A stretch of 64,000 nt of DNA, from contig JAXLNO010000462.1 in assembly GCA_038087875.1 (NCBI GenBank), forward strand, positions 124,001 to 188,000. The letters are read 5' to 3'. Made by a program: the position numbers and the translations under genes. Positions 12,001 to 23,699 of this stretch are shown piece by piece. Position 1 is the stretch's first letter, and each line of letters starts with the position of its first letter. Source of the DNA: Malacoraja senta. Taxonomy: Eukaryota. Under the pieces are notes generated by a model that searched no databases, was not told the DNA's origin, and saw nothing but the letters and a program-made list of their open reading frames with translations.

Positions 12001-15000
12001 CCATTCAGCACATGAAAAGTGACGACATTTCAGAACGTGATAAGCGACGAAAATTCAGCACACAAAAAGCGACGAAAATTCAGCATGCGAAAAGCGATGA
12101 AAATTCAGCATGCAAAAAGCGACAAACCAGGACGCGAAAGGAGACAAAAATTCAAAATTCCAAAAGCAACGTAAATTCAAGATGCGAAAAGCAACAAAAG
12201 TTCAGTACGCATGAAGCGACAAAATTTCAGGACGTGAAATGCAACTAATTTTCAGGATGCAAAAAAGCGACGAAAATTCAGCACGTGAAAAGCGACGAAA
12301 ATTCAGCATGTGAAAAGTGATGAAAATTCAGCACGCGAAAAGCGACGAACTTTCAGGATGTGAAAAGCGACGAAAATTCAGCACGGAAAAGTGACGACAT
12401 TTCAGAACGTGAAAAGCGATGAACATTCAGCATGCGAAAAACGACGAAAATTCAGCATGCGAAAAGCTACAAAATTTCAGTACGCGAAAAGCGATGAAAC
12501 TTCAGCATACGAAAAGCGACGAAAAGTCAGGACATGAAAAGCAACGAAACCTCGGGACGCATAAAGTGACGAAAATTCAGCACGCGAAAAACGACGAAAA
12601 TACAGGGTTAGAAAAGCGACAAAAGTTCAGAACGCATGAAGCGACAAAATTTCAGGACACGAAAAGTGACTAAAGTTCGGAATACAAAAAGTGACGAACC
12701 TTCAGGATGTGAAAAGCGACGAAAATTCAGGACGGGAAAAGCGACGCAATTTCAGGACGTGAAAAGCGACTAAATTGCAGCGCACTAAAAGCGCAGAAAT
12801 TTCAGCAAACATAAAGCGACGAAAATTCAGCATGCGAAAAGTCACGTAAATTCAGCACACAAAAAGCGACGAAAATTCAGCCTGCGAATTTATCATGCGA
12901 AAAGCGACGAAATTTCAGGACGTGAAAAGCAACGAAATTTCAGCACGCGAAAAGTGACAAAAATTCAGTCTGCGAAAAGCGATGAAAATTTAGCACAGGA
13001 AAAGTGATGAAACTTCAGAATGCGAAAAACGACGAAAATTCAGCTCGCGAAAAATGACGAAAATTCAGTACGTGAAAAGTGACGAACATTCAGCACTCGA
13101 AAAGTGACGAACTTTCAGGACGTTAAAAGTGACAAAAATTCAGCACGGAAAAGTGACAACATTTCAGCATACGAAAAGCGACGAAAATTCAGGACATGAA
13201 AAGCAATGAAACCTCAGGACGCATAAAACGACGAAAATTCAGCATGTGAAAAGCAATGAAATTTCAGCACGCGAAAAGTGACGAAAATTCAGCCTGCGAA
13301 AAGCGATGAAAATTCAGCACAGGAAAAGTGATGATCCTTCAGCATGCAAAAAGCGACGAAAATTCAGCAAGCGAAAAATGTCGAAAATTCAGCACGCGAA
13401 AAGAGACGACCATTCAGCACACGAAAAGTGACGAAATTTCAGAACGTTATAAGCGACGAAAATTGAGCACACAAAAAGCGACGAAAATTCAGCATGCGAA
13501 AAGCGATGAAAATTCAGCATGCAAAAAGCGACGAACCTTCAGGACGCGAAAGGCGACAAAAATTCAAAATGCCAAAAGCGACGTAAATTTAAGATGCGAA
13601 AAGCAACAAAAGTTCAGTTCGCATGAAGCGACAACATTTCAGGACAGGAAAATCGACAAAATTTCAGCACACGAAAAGTTACGAACCTTCAGGACACGAA
13701 GAACGACAATAATTCAGCACGTGAAAAGCGACTATCCTTCAGGATGTGAAAAGCGATGAAAATTCAGCACATAAAAAGTGACGACATTTCAGAACTTGAA
13801 AAGCGACGAAAATTCAGCACATGAAATGCGACCAAAATTCAGCACGCAAAAAGTGACGAAATTTCAGGATGTGAAAACCGATGAAATTTCAGCATACTAA
13901 AAGTGACGAAAATTCACAATGCGAAAAGCGACGGAAATTCAGCACACGAAAAGTGACGAACCTTCAGGACGCGAAGGGCGACGAAAATTCAAAATGCCAA
14001 AAGCGATGTAAATTCAAGATGCGAAAGGCAACAAAATTTCAGGACGCATGAAGTGACAAAATTTCAGGACACGAAAAGTGACAAAATTTCGGCACAAGAA
14101 AAGTGACGAACCTTCCGGACATGAAAAGCGACAACAATTCAGCACGTGAAAAGCGATGAAATATCAGCACATGAAAAGCGCCGAAAATTCAGCACACAAT
14201 AAGCGACGAAACATCAGGACGAATAAAGTGACGAAATTTAAGAACGTGAAAGACGATGAAATTTCAGGACATGAAAGGCAACAAAATTTCAGCAAGCGAA
14301 AAACGCCGAAAATTCAGAATATGAAAAGCGATGAAACTTCAGCACGCAAAAAGTGACGAAAATTCAGCTCGATTAAAGCGACGATCATTCAGCACGCGAA
14401 AAGTGACGAAATTTCAGAATGTGAAAAGAGCCGAAAATTCAGCACACTAAAAGCGACGAAAATTCAGCCTGCGAATTTATCATGCGAAAAGCGACTAAAT
14501 TTCAGGACGTGAAAAGCAACGAAATTTCAGCACGCGAAAAGTGACAAAAATTCAGTCTGCGAAAAGCGATGAAAATTCAGCACAGGAAAAGTGATGAAAC
14601 TTCAGAATGCGAAAAACGACGAAAATTCAGCTCGCGAAAAATGACGAAAATTCAGTACGTGAAAAGTGTGCTGAATTTCGTCGCTTTATGCGTCCTGAGG
14701 TTTCGTTGCTTTTCATGTCCTGAATTTTCGTCGCTTTTCGTATGCTGAAATGTTGTCACTTTTCCGTGCTGAATTTTCGTCACTTTTCACGTCCTGAAAG
14801 TTCGTTGCTTTTCGCATGCTGAATTTTCGTTGCTTTATGTTTGCTGCCATTTCGGCGCTTTTAGTGTGCTGCAATTTAGTCGCTTTTCACGTCCTGAAAT
14901 TGCGTCGCTTTTCACGTCCTGAATTTTCGTCGCTTTTCACATCCTGAAGGTTCGTCACTTTTTGTATTCCGAACTTTAGTCACTTTTCGTGTCCTGAAAT

Positions 15001-17800
15001 TTTGTCGCTTCATGCGTTCTGAACATTTGTCGCTTTTCGTACCCTGTATTTTCGCCGTTTTTCGTGTGCTGAATTTTCGTCGCTTTATGCGTCCTGAGGT
15101 TTCGTTGCTTTTCATGTCCTGAATTTTCGTCGCTTTTCGTATGCTGAAGTTTCGTCGTTTTTCGCGTACTGAATTTTTATAGCTTTTCGCATGCTGAATT
15201 TTCGTTGCTTTTCGCATGCTGAATTTTCATCGCTTTTCACGTTCTGAAATGTCGTCACTTTTCCGTGCTGAATTTTCGTCGCTTTTCACGTCCTGAAAGT
15301 TCGTCACTTTTCGCGTGCTGAATTTTCGTCACTTTTCATGTGCTGAATTTTCGTCGCTTTTCACATGCTGACCTTTTGTCACTTTTCCTGTGCTGAAATT
15401 TTGTCGCCTGTAAATTCGATGCTTTATGCATCCTGAAATTTTGTCACTTTTCGTGTCCTGAATTTATGTAGCTTTTCACGTCCTGAATGTGCATCACTTT
15501 TCGCATGCTGAATTTTCGTCGTTTTCGCGTGCTTCATTTTCGTCGCTTGTCGCGTGCTTCATTTCCATCGCTTTTTGTGCCAAAAGGTTCGTCGCGTTTC
15601 GCATGCTGAATTTTCAGCTCTTTTCACATTCTGAAATTTCGTCCCTTTTCGCGTGCTGAATTATCGTCGCTTTTCGCGTCCTGGTTCGTCACTTTTCACG
15701 TGCTGAATTTTCATCGCTTTACATATTCTGAATTTTCGGCGCTTTTCGCCTGCTGAAATTTTGTCGCCTTTCATGTCCTGAAATTTCATCGTCTTTCACG
15801 TCCTTAAATTTCGTCACTTTATTCGTCCTGACGTTTCGTCGCTTATTGTGTGCTGAAATTTCGGCGCTTTTCATGTTCTGATATTTCGTCGCTTTTCACG
15901 TACTGAATTGTTGTCGCTTTTCATGTCCGGAAGGTTCGTCGCTTTTCATGTCCGGAAGGTTCGTCGCTTTTCGCGTGCTGAATATTCGTCGCTTTTTGCA
16001 TCCTGAAGGTTCTTCACTTTCCTTGTGCTGAAATTTTGTCACTTTTTGTGTCCTGAAATTTTGTCACTTCATGCGTCCTGAACTTTTGTCGCCTTTCGCA
16101 TGTTGAATTTACGTTGCTTTTGGCATTTTTAATTTTCATCGCTTTTAGTATGCTGAAATTTCATCGCTTTTCACATCCTGAAATTTCGTCACTTTTTGCG
16201 TGCTGAATTTTGGTCGCATTTCATGTGCTGAATTTTCGTCGCTTTTCAAGTTCTGAAATTTCGTCACTTTTTGTGTACTGAATTTTCGTCGCTTTACACA
16301 TCCTGAAGGATAGTCGCTTTTCACATGCTGACTTATTGTCGCTCTTCGTCTCCTGAAGGTTCGTAACTTTTCGTGTGCTGAAATTTTGTCGCTTTTCATG
16401 TCCTGAAATTTTGTCGCTTCACGTGTACAGAACTTTTGTTGCTTTTCGCATCTTGAATTTACGTCGCTTTTGGCATTTTTAATTTTTGACGCCTTTCACG
16501 TCCTGAAGGTTCGTCGCTTTTTGCATGCTGAACTTTCATTGCTTTTCGCATGCTGAATTTCCTTCGCTTTTTGTGTGCTGAATTTTCGTCACTTTTCGCA
16601 TGCTGAAGGTTCATCACTTTTCCTGTGCTGAATTTTCATCGCTTTTCGCAGGCTGAATTTTTGTCACTTTTCGCGTGCTGAAATTTCGTTGCTTTTCACG
16701 TGCTGAATTTTCGTCGCTTTATGCGTCCTGAGGTTTCGTTGCTTTCCATGTCCTGAATTTTTGTCGCTTTTCGTATGCTGAAATGTTGTCACTTTTCTGT
16801 GCTGAATTTTCGTCACTTTTCACGTCCTGAAAGTTCATTGCTTTTCGCGTGCTGAATTTTCGTCACTTTTCACGTGCTGAATTTTCGTTGCTTTTCACGT
16901 GCTGAATTTTCGTCGCTTTTTGCATCCTGAAAATGAGTTGCATTTCATGTCCTGAATTTTTGTCACATTTCATTGTCTGAATTTTCATCGCTTTTCACGT
17001 CCTGAAGGTTCGTCCATTTGCGCGTGCTGAAGTTTCATCGCTTTTCGCGTGCTGAATTTTCGTCGCTTTTAGTATGCTGAAATTTCGTCGCTTTTCACAT
17101 CCTGATATTTCGTCACTTTTTGCGTGCTGAATTTTGGTCGCCTTTCACATGCTGAATTTTCGTCGCTTTTCACGTTCTGAAATGTCATCACCTTTTGTGT
17201 GCTGAATTTTCATCGCTTTTCACATCCTGAAGGTTAGTCGCTTTTCACATGCTGAATTATTGTCGCTCTTCGTGTCCTGAAGGTTCGTCACTTTTCGTGT
17301 GCTGAAATTTTGTCGCTTTTCGTGTCCTGAAATGTTGTTGCTTCATGCGTACTGAACTTTTGTCGCTTTTCGCCTCTTGAATTTGCGTCACTTTTGGCAT
17401 TTTGAATTTTTGTCGCCTTTGGCATCCTGAAGGTTCGTCGCTTTTCGCATGCTGAATTTTCAGCGCTTATCGTATGCTGAAAATTCGTCACTTTTCGCGT
17501 GCTGAATGGTCGTCGCTTTTCGCAGGCTGAATTTTCTTCACTTTTTGCGTGCTGAAATTTTGTTGCCTTTCACGTTCTGAAATTTCGTCGCTTTTCGCAT
17601 GATAAATTCGCAGGCTGAATTTTCGTCGCTTTTCTCATGCTGAATTTTCGGCGCTTTTTGCGGGCTGAATTTTCGGCGCTTTTCACATTCTGAAATTTCG
17701 TCACTTTTCGTGTGCTGAATGATCGTCACTTTTCGCGTGCTGAATTATCGTCACTTTTCGCGTCCTGGTTCGTCACTTTTCACGTGCTAAATTTTCATCG
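1..17800. repeat. Satellite array, 25-bp monomer (consensus TTTTCGTCGCTTTTCGCGTGCTGAA), with higher-order duplications and inversions
   Basis: CTGAA recurs about every 25 nt throughout. T-rich strand on + at 1-~9729, ~9801-10170 and ~14668-17800; A-rich strand on + at ~9730-9800 and 10171-~14667. The array runs off the left edge. Confidence 0.97.
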
Positions 17801-20800
17801 ACAGGGGAGATTTGCAAAGGCTACGGGGAAGACTTTAAACTAGAACGGTTGGGGGTGAGGGACTCAAATAGAGAAATCTAGTGGAAAATGTGGGAGGCAG
17901 GAGACAGAGAAAGGAAGCACTCGGACCCAAAATGTAGGGGAGAAAGAAGAAAAAGATAATAAACAGAGAATAAGTGGTGGTGGGTTTCTTAAATGCGTAT
18001 ATTTTAATGCTAGGAGCATTGTAAGAAAGGTGGATGAGCTTAGAGCCTGGATTGACACCTGGAAGTATGATGTTGTGGCGATCAGTGAAACATGGTTGCA
18101 GGAGGGCTGCGATTGGCAACTAAATATTCCAGGATTTCGTTGCTTCAGGGGTGATAGAATTGGAGGGGCAAGAGGTGGGGGTGTTGCATTGCTTGTCAAG
18201 GAAGATATTACAGCAGTGCTTTGGCAGGATAGATTAGAGGGCTCGTCTAGGGAGGCTGTTTGGGTGGAACTGAGAAATGGGAAAGGTGTAGCAACACTTA
18301 TTGGGGTGTATTATAGACCGCCAAATGGGGAGCGAGAATTGGAAGAGCAAATATGTAAGGAGATAGCAGATATTAGTAGTAAGCACAAGGTAGTGATTGT
18401 GGGAGATTTCAATTTTCCACACATAGACTGGGAAACACATTCTGTAAAAGGGTTGGATGGTTTGGAGTTTGTAAAATGTGTGCAGGATAGTTTTTTGCAG
18501 CAATACATAGAGGTACCTACTAGAGAAGGGGCAGTGCTGGACCTCCTGTTAGGAAATGAGATGGGGCAGGTGGCAGAGGTATGTGTGGGGGAGCACTTCG
18601 GGTCCAGTGATCACAATACCATTAGTTTCAATATAATTATGGAGAGGGTCAGAACTGGATCTAGGGTTGAGATTTTTGATTGGAGAAAGGCTAACTTTGA
18701 GGAGATGCGAAAGGATTTAAGAGGAGTGAATGGGACATGTTGTTTTATGGGAAGGATGTAGAAGAGAAATGGAGGACATTTAAGGGTGAAATTAAGTACA
18801 GAATCTTTATGTCCCTGTTCGGTTGAAAGGAAATAGTAAAAATTGGAAAAGCCATGGTTTTCAAGGGAAATTGGACACGGTTCGGAAAAAGAGAGAGATC
18901 TACAATAATTATAGGCAGCATGGAGTAAATGAGGTGCTTGAGGAGTATAAAGAATGTAAAAAGAATATTAAGAAAGAAATTAGAAAAGCTAAAAGAAGAT
19001 ATGAGGTTGCTTTGGCAAGTAAGGTGAAAGTAAATCCAAAGGGTTTCTACAGCTATATTAATAGCAAAAGGATAACAAGGAATAAAATTGGTTCATTAGA
19101 GAGTCAGAGTGGACAGCTATCTGCAGAGCCAAAAGAGATGGGGGGGATATTGAACAATTTCTTTTCTTCGGTATTCACCAAGGAGAAGGATATGGAATTA
19201 TGTGAGGTAAGGGAAACAAGCAGAGTAGCTATGGAAACTGTGAGATTCAAAGAAGAGGAGTTGCGGTCACTTTTGAAAAATATGAAAACGGATAAGTCTC
19301 CAGGTCCTGACAGGATATTCCCTAGGACATTGAGGGAAGTTAGTGTAGAAATAGCAGGGGCTATGACAGAAATATTTCAAATGTCATTAGAAACGGGAAT
19401 AGTGCCGGAGGATTGGCGTACTGCGCATGATGTTCCGTTGTTTAAAAAGGGTTCTAAGAGTAAACCTAGCAATTATAGACCTGTTAGTTTGACGTCAGTG
19501 GTGGGCAAATTAATGGAAAGGATACTTAAAGATAATATATATAAGCATCTGGATAAGCAGGGTCTGATTAGGAACAGTCAACATGGATTTGTGCCTGGAA
19601 GGTCATGCTTAACTAATCTTCTTGAATTTTTCGAAAAGGTTACTAGGGAAATTGATGATGGTAAAGCAGTGGATGTTTTCTATATGGACTTCAGTAAGGC
19701 CTTTGACAAGGTTTCTCATGGAAGGTTGGTTAAGAAGATTCAATTGTTGGGTATTAATGGTGGAGTAGCAAGATGGATTAAACAGTGGCTGAATGGGAGA
19801 TGCCAGAGAGTAATGGTGGATGGCTGTTTGTCAGGTTGGAGGCCGGTGACTTGTGGGGTGCCTCAGGGGTCTGTGTTGGGTCCACTGTTGTTTGTCATGT
19901 ACATCAATGATCTGGATGATGGTGTGGAAAATTGGATTAGTAAGTATGCAGATGATACTAAGATAGGTGGTGTTGTGGATAATGAAGTAGATTTTCAAAG
20001 TCTACAGAGAGATTTAGGCCAATTGGAAGAGTGGGCTGAAAGATGGCAGATGGAGTTTAATGCTGACAAATGTGACGTGCTACATCTCGGGAGGACAAAT
20101 CAAAATAGGACGTACATGGTAAATGGTAGCGAATTGAGGAATGCAGTTGAACAGAGGGATCTAGGAATATCTGTGCATAGTTCCCTGAAGGTGAAATCTC
20201 ATGTAGATAGGGTGGTAAAGAAAGCTTTTGGTGTGCTGGCCTTTATAAATCAGAGCATTGAATATAGGAGTTGGGATGTAATGTTAAAATTGTACAAGGC
20301 ATTGGTGAGGCCAATTCTGGAGTATGGAGTACAATTTTGGTCGCCTAATTATAGGAAGGATGTCAACAAAATAGAGAGAATACAGGAGATTTACTAGAAT
20401 GTTGCCTGGGTTTCAGCAACTAAGTTACAGAGAAAGGTTGAACAAGTTAGGTCTTTATTCTTTGAAGCGCAGAAGGTTAAGAGGGGACTTGATAGAGGTC
20501 TTTAAAATTATGAGCGGGTTAGACAGAGTGGACGTGGATAAGCTTTTCCCATTGAGAGTAGGGAAGATTCAAACAAGGGGACATGACTTGAGAATTAAGG
20601 GACAGAAGTTTAGGGGTAACATTAGGGGGAACTTCTTTACTGAGAGAGTGGTAGCTGTGTGGAATGAGCTTCCAGTGGAAGTGGTGGAGGCAGGTTCGAT
20701 GTTATCCTTAAAAAATAGATTGGATGGGTATATGGACGGGAAGGAATGGAGGGTTATGGACTGAGTGCAGGTAGATGGGACTAGGGGGAAGTAAATTAAA

Positions 20801-20897
20801 AATAAAATATATATATTTTTTAAAAGTGTTCGGCACGGACTTGAAGGGCCGAGATGGCCTGTTTCCATGCTATGGTTATATGGTTATATGTGGTTAT
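17801..20897 (+). mobile_element. CR1-clade LINE (family A), 5'-truncated, abutting the satellite
   Basis: APE endonuclease (FNARS, AISETW, GDFN, SDH) and RT (QHGF, DFSKAFD, GVPQGSVLGP, YADD) in ORFs 18030..18761, 18823..20397 and 20399..20764; 3' tail of TATGGTTA-like repeats at ~20871-20897. Confidence 0.95.
17986..20764 (+). pseudogene. CR1 ORF2 (endonuclease + reverse transcriptase), frameshifted into three pieces
   Basis: Three consecutive ORFs in shifted frames cover EN, RT and the C-terminal LERRRLRGDLIE-type region. Confidence 0.9.
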
Positions 20898-21239
20898 GCT
20901 GCCTCACCTGCTGAGTTACTCCAGTATTTTTGTCTTCCTTCGCTTTTTCCGGCATCTGCAGTTCTTTCTTAAACCACACGGTAGTTGACCACAAACTGGA
21001 CGGGCTTGCAGTGCGGCTGATCACCACAAGGTGGGAGTGTTGACCACAAATTGGAGCGACCTGTTATGTGAATTCACTGCACATTGGGAGCGCTGTCTAC
21101 AAATTAGATATTGTGCTCTTTACTGTAAAATGGTTCTTTATTGCTCTGTGACCCTTTACCTTTCCCCATAATGCACCCATTGCCCAGATGCCAAACTTAG
21201 TAAAAGCCCTGAAACCAGTGAAAATTTGGTATGAAAATC

Positions 21240-21440
21240 AAGGAACTGCAGGTGCTGGTTTACAAAAAAAAGACACAAAGTGCTGGAGTAACTCAGTGGG
21301 TCAAGCAGCATCTGTGGAGAACATGGATAGGTGACGTTTCACAGAGTGCTGGAGTAACTCAGCGGGTCAGGCAGCATCTGTGGAGAACATGGCTAGGTGA
21401 CGTTTCACAGAGTGCTGTAGTAACTCAATGGGTCAGGCAG
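21240..21440 (-). repeat. 66-bp tandem units derived from the Penelope-terminal (hammerhead-associated) repeat
   Basis: GCTGGAGTAACTCAG...GCAGCATCTGTGGAGAACATGG...GGTGACGTTTCACAGA repeats with a 66-nt period; the same unit occurs at 35995-36230 (+) and 48011-48128 (-). Confidence 0.75.
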
Positions 21441-21738
21441 GATGCCCATAATAAAAAGTACAGCATTGAGCAGCTCAGTCAGTGAGTTCACTGCTTGTGT
21501 ACAGGGTTTGATGCCCATAGTAAAGAGTACAGGTTTGGTGGTCAGCTCATTCAGGGAGTTCACTGTTTGTGTGAGGTCTTGTCTTTGATATAGCTGGCAT
21601 GTTGCTGTACCAGTTTGATTATGAAAATAGTCAATTAATCTATCCTGTAGGATTCACTACTTTAGACACATTTGAATTTCACTGTGCCTTAATTGGTACA
21701 TGTGACGATAAACTGATCTTGAAACATTGAGCCTAGAG
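21441..21738 (-). pseudogene. Penelope-like RT remnant, left half (split by the DIRS insertion)
   Basis: Reverse complement of ~34658-34905, which reads LAQQHASYIKD and a TLYTN-like motif. Confidence 0.7.
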
Positions 21739-21792
21739 TAGTAAGATTAAACGAGAACTTACCGGTTTGAAGTTTGATCTTTATTTTTTGAG

Positions 21793-21844
21793 GAGTTACG
21801 TTGGTGATTACGTGAAGAAGACCCGTCAGGGCGCCTGCGCGTCA
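21793..21844 (+). repeat. DIRS 3' inverted terminal repeat (partner 29050-29101)
   Basis: GTGAAGAAGACCCGTCAGGGCGCCTGCGCGTCA (21812-21844) is the exact reverse complement of 29050-29082; the match extends imperfectly to 21793/29101. Confidence 0.93.
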
Positions 21845-21966
21845 ATCTTCAAAGCAGCGGTATGAAATCACAAACAACAAGAATGAAGTAATATAGTAAC
21901 ATAATAAAAATGAGTAAATTTCGAACTTCCATCTGACCTTTATGAAAGAGGGTTGGGCGTGGTGGG

Positions 21967-22078
21967 CACGTAATCACCAACGTAACTCCACATAAAATAA
22001 AGAACAAACTTCAAACTGGTAAGTTCTCGTTTAATCTTACTATTTTACTTCAGAGTCACATGAGTGACTACGTGAAGA
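21967..22078 (-). other. DIRS internal complementary region (ICR)
   Basis: 21967-22042 is the near reverse complement of 21739-21814, and 22043-22078 is the near reverse complement of 29076-29111. The two parts are directly adjacent. Confidence 0.93.
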
Positions 22079-22289
22079 TGTTAAAGCTTTGTGATTTCAT
22101 GCCGCAGATACAAATCCCGGCTTCTCACTGCATTGATTGACTTGGAACGAGAAATAATCAATAATGCATTAATAATGACATTTGCATGACAAATGCAGTA
22201 ATTCATTTATTTGAATAATAGAATTAACAGTATCCCCTTTAACCCAGGGGAATTTAAGCAGAACTGAATATAGTATCTGCAAACAGCCC

Positions 22290-23300
22290 CATATTGGCAA
22301 TAGGCCGATGGTAAAAGTGTTGAAACACCAACTTATTAGATCACCCGGCGGCTGCGAAAATATGATCGACGGGACGTCCTTCGCCCTGGCCGCCAATGTT
22401 GCTGCTAAATCGAATGGGATGTAAAAACATCACTGTTCACACCTGCAGCAACTAAAACTTGTTTTAACCACCTTGAAATAGTCTGAACTGACTGTCTCTG
22501 TACACTGCACAATGACCATAAAGAATCTGAATCTGAAACTGACACTATCTTGTATGGTTTTTCGTGAATGATAAACAATCTTGTTTTCATATTTCATAAG
22601 ACCTTTGTAGCCTCAATGTATTGCAACAAATATGTCTTAACACATAGACATGGATCCATGGAATATGCTAATAAACACTCTTGAATCCTGTCACACCTGA
22701 CCCTACTTCATTTGAGTAGGTCATAAATGTAAAACATAACATAATCCTGAGGTACTTCCATCCTGTGTATCTGTAACTTTTGTAATGTCTGCACTCTCTG
22801 TGCTTGTTACAAGTGCCATAAGCATGACTACCTTCATGCTGAACTTGGCCAAATCAGAATCGTACCAAGAGTCCATTGATGAAGTAGCTTAAAACCACTC
22901 TATATTCCAGATTGCCATACCTAGGTTTAGAAGGTCTGGAATTAAAATGCCTTTCATTAATCTGGAAATGAAAGAACGAGACTCAACAGGATGTCTTTCC
23001 AACCTCATCAATAAAAAACGAGGACAATGTACTTCTGGCTGAATAAATCGCACTATTACTCAACCCCTCATAATAGAGTGTTGAGAAAACCTAAGATATT
23101 TGAGACATGTGCCATACAACATTCCATATTCTTTTGTACACCGAAATATTTCCCCATTCTTTACATAATGGGAAAGCAGCATTTACAGAGTCACAACCAC
23201 AGATTCGCAAATGTACTGCTTTCGAGTGCTCTTCCGCCAGACTGCTGTAAGCATGTCCACAGTATGCCCAGACAATCCTCTTTTTAAAATCTGCAAATTA
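22290..23300 (-). pseudogene. DIRS tyrosine recombinase, disrupted
   Basis: RGLSGHTVDMLTAVWRKSTRKQY (N-terminus); TISRWLKQVLVAAGVNSDVFTSHSI* (HxxR motif with R lost); AAAG*SNKLVFQHFYHRP (catalytic W replaced by a stop, Tyr nucleophile retained). Confidence 0.88.
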
Positions 23301-23379
23301 ACAGATCCATACAGGCATATAACGGATGTTACTCTCCAATTATCGAATACGCCAGTAAATCCCTTCTTTTGGGAACCTT

Positions 23380-23640
23380 TATCAGAAACTGTCATTAATT
23401 CCAATATCAAAGGGAACCATGGCTGCGTAGACAAGTCCGGTACCACCAGTACCCCAGAGGCAGCATCCTGCTTCATTTTAAGCAGACACCGGTTTATGAG
23501 ACAGAATGATGGAAAATGCATATAAAAACATACCACCCTAATGTAGCGAGCAAACATCAATCGCTACTGTCTCCCGATGTAGTTCCCATAACACATATCT
23601 CTGTAACTGGTGATTGAGTCTGGATGGAAACAAGTCGTAT
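23380..23640 (-). pseudogene. DIRS DNA N6-adenine methyltransferase-like domain
   Basis: DLFPSRLNHQLQRYV (read from ~23590-23634) and HFPSFCLINRCLLKMKQDAASGVLVVPDLSTQPWFPLI match the DLFAS...FPPF...VVPxWxxQPW pattern. Confidence 0.8.
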
Positions 23641-23699
23641 CTGGCTTCCCAAATCTGACTACTATATCATTAAAATCTTAAGATTCAACATCCATTCTT

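Noticed and set aside
364..17729. Dozens of K/R-rich or F-rich ORFs in the satellite
   Set aside because: By-products of the 25-bp periodicity; frequent stops and frameshifts, no gene structure.
1..17800. CRISPR array or CENP-B boxes in the satellite
   Set aside because: No unique spacers or cas genes. TTCG...CGGG instances (e.g. ~8238) have the wrong spacing and lack the conserved A of the CENP-B box.
22290..23640. Prophage or bacterial integrase plus methylase (contamination or horizontal transfer)
   Set aside because: Both domains lie within a DIRS element with RT, ITRs and ICR, embedded in vertebrate repeats.
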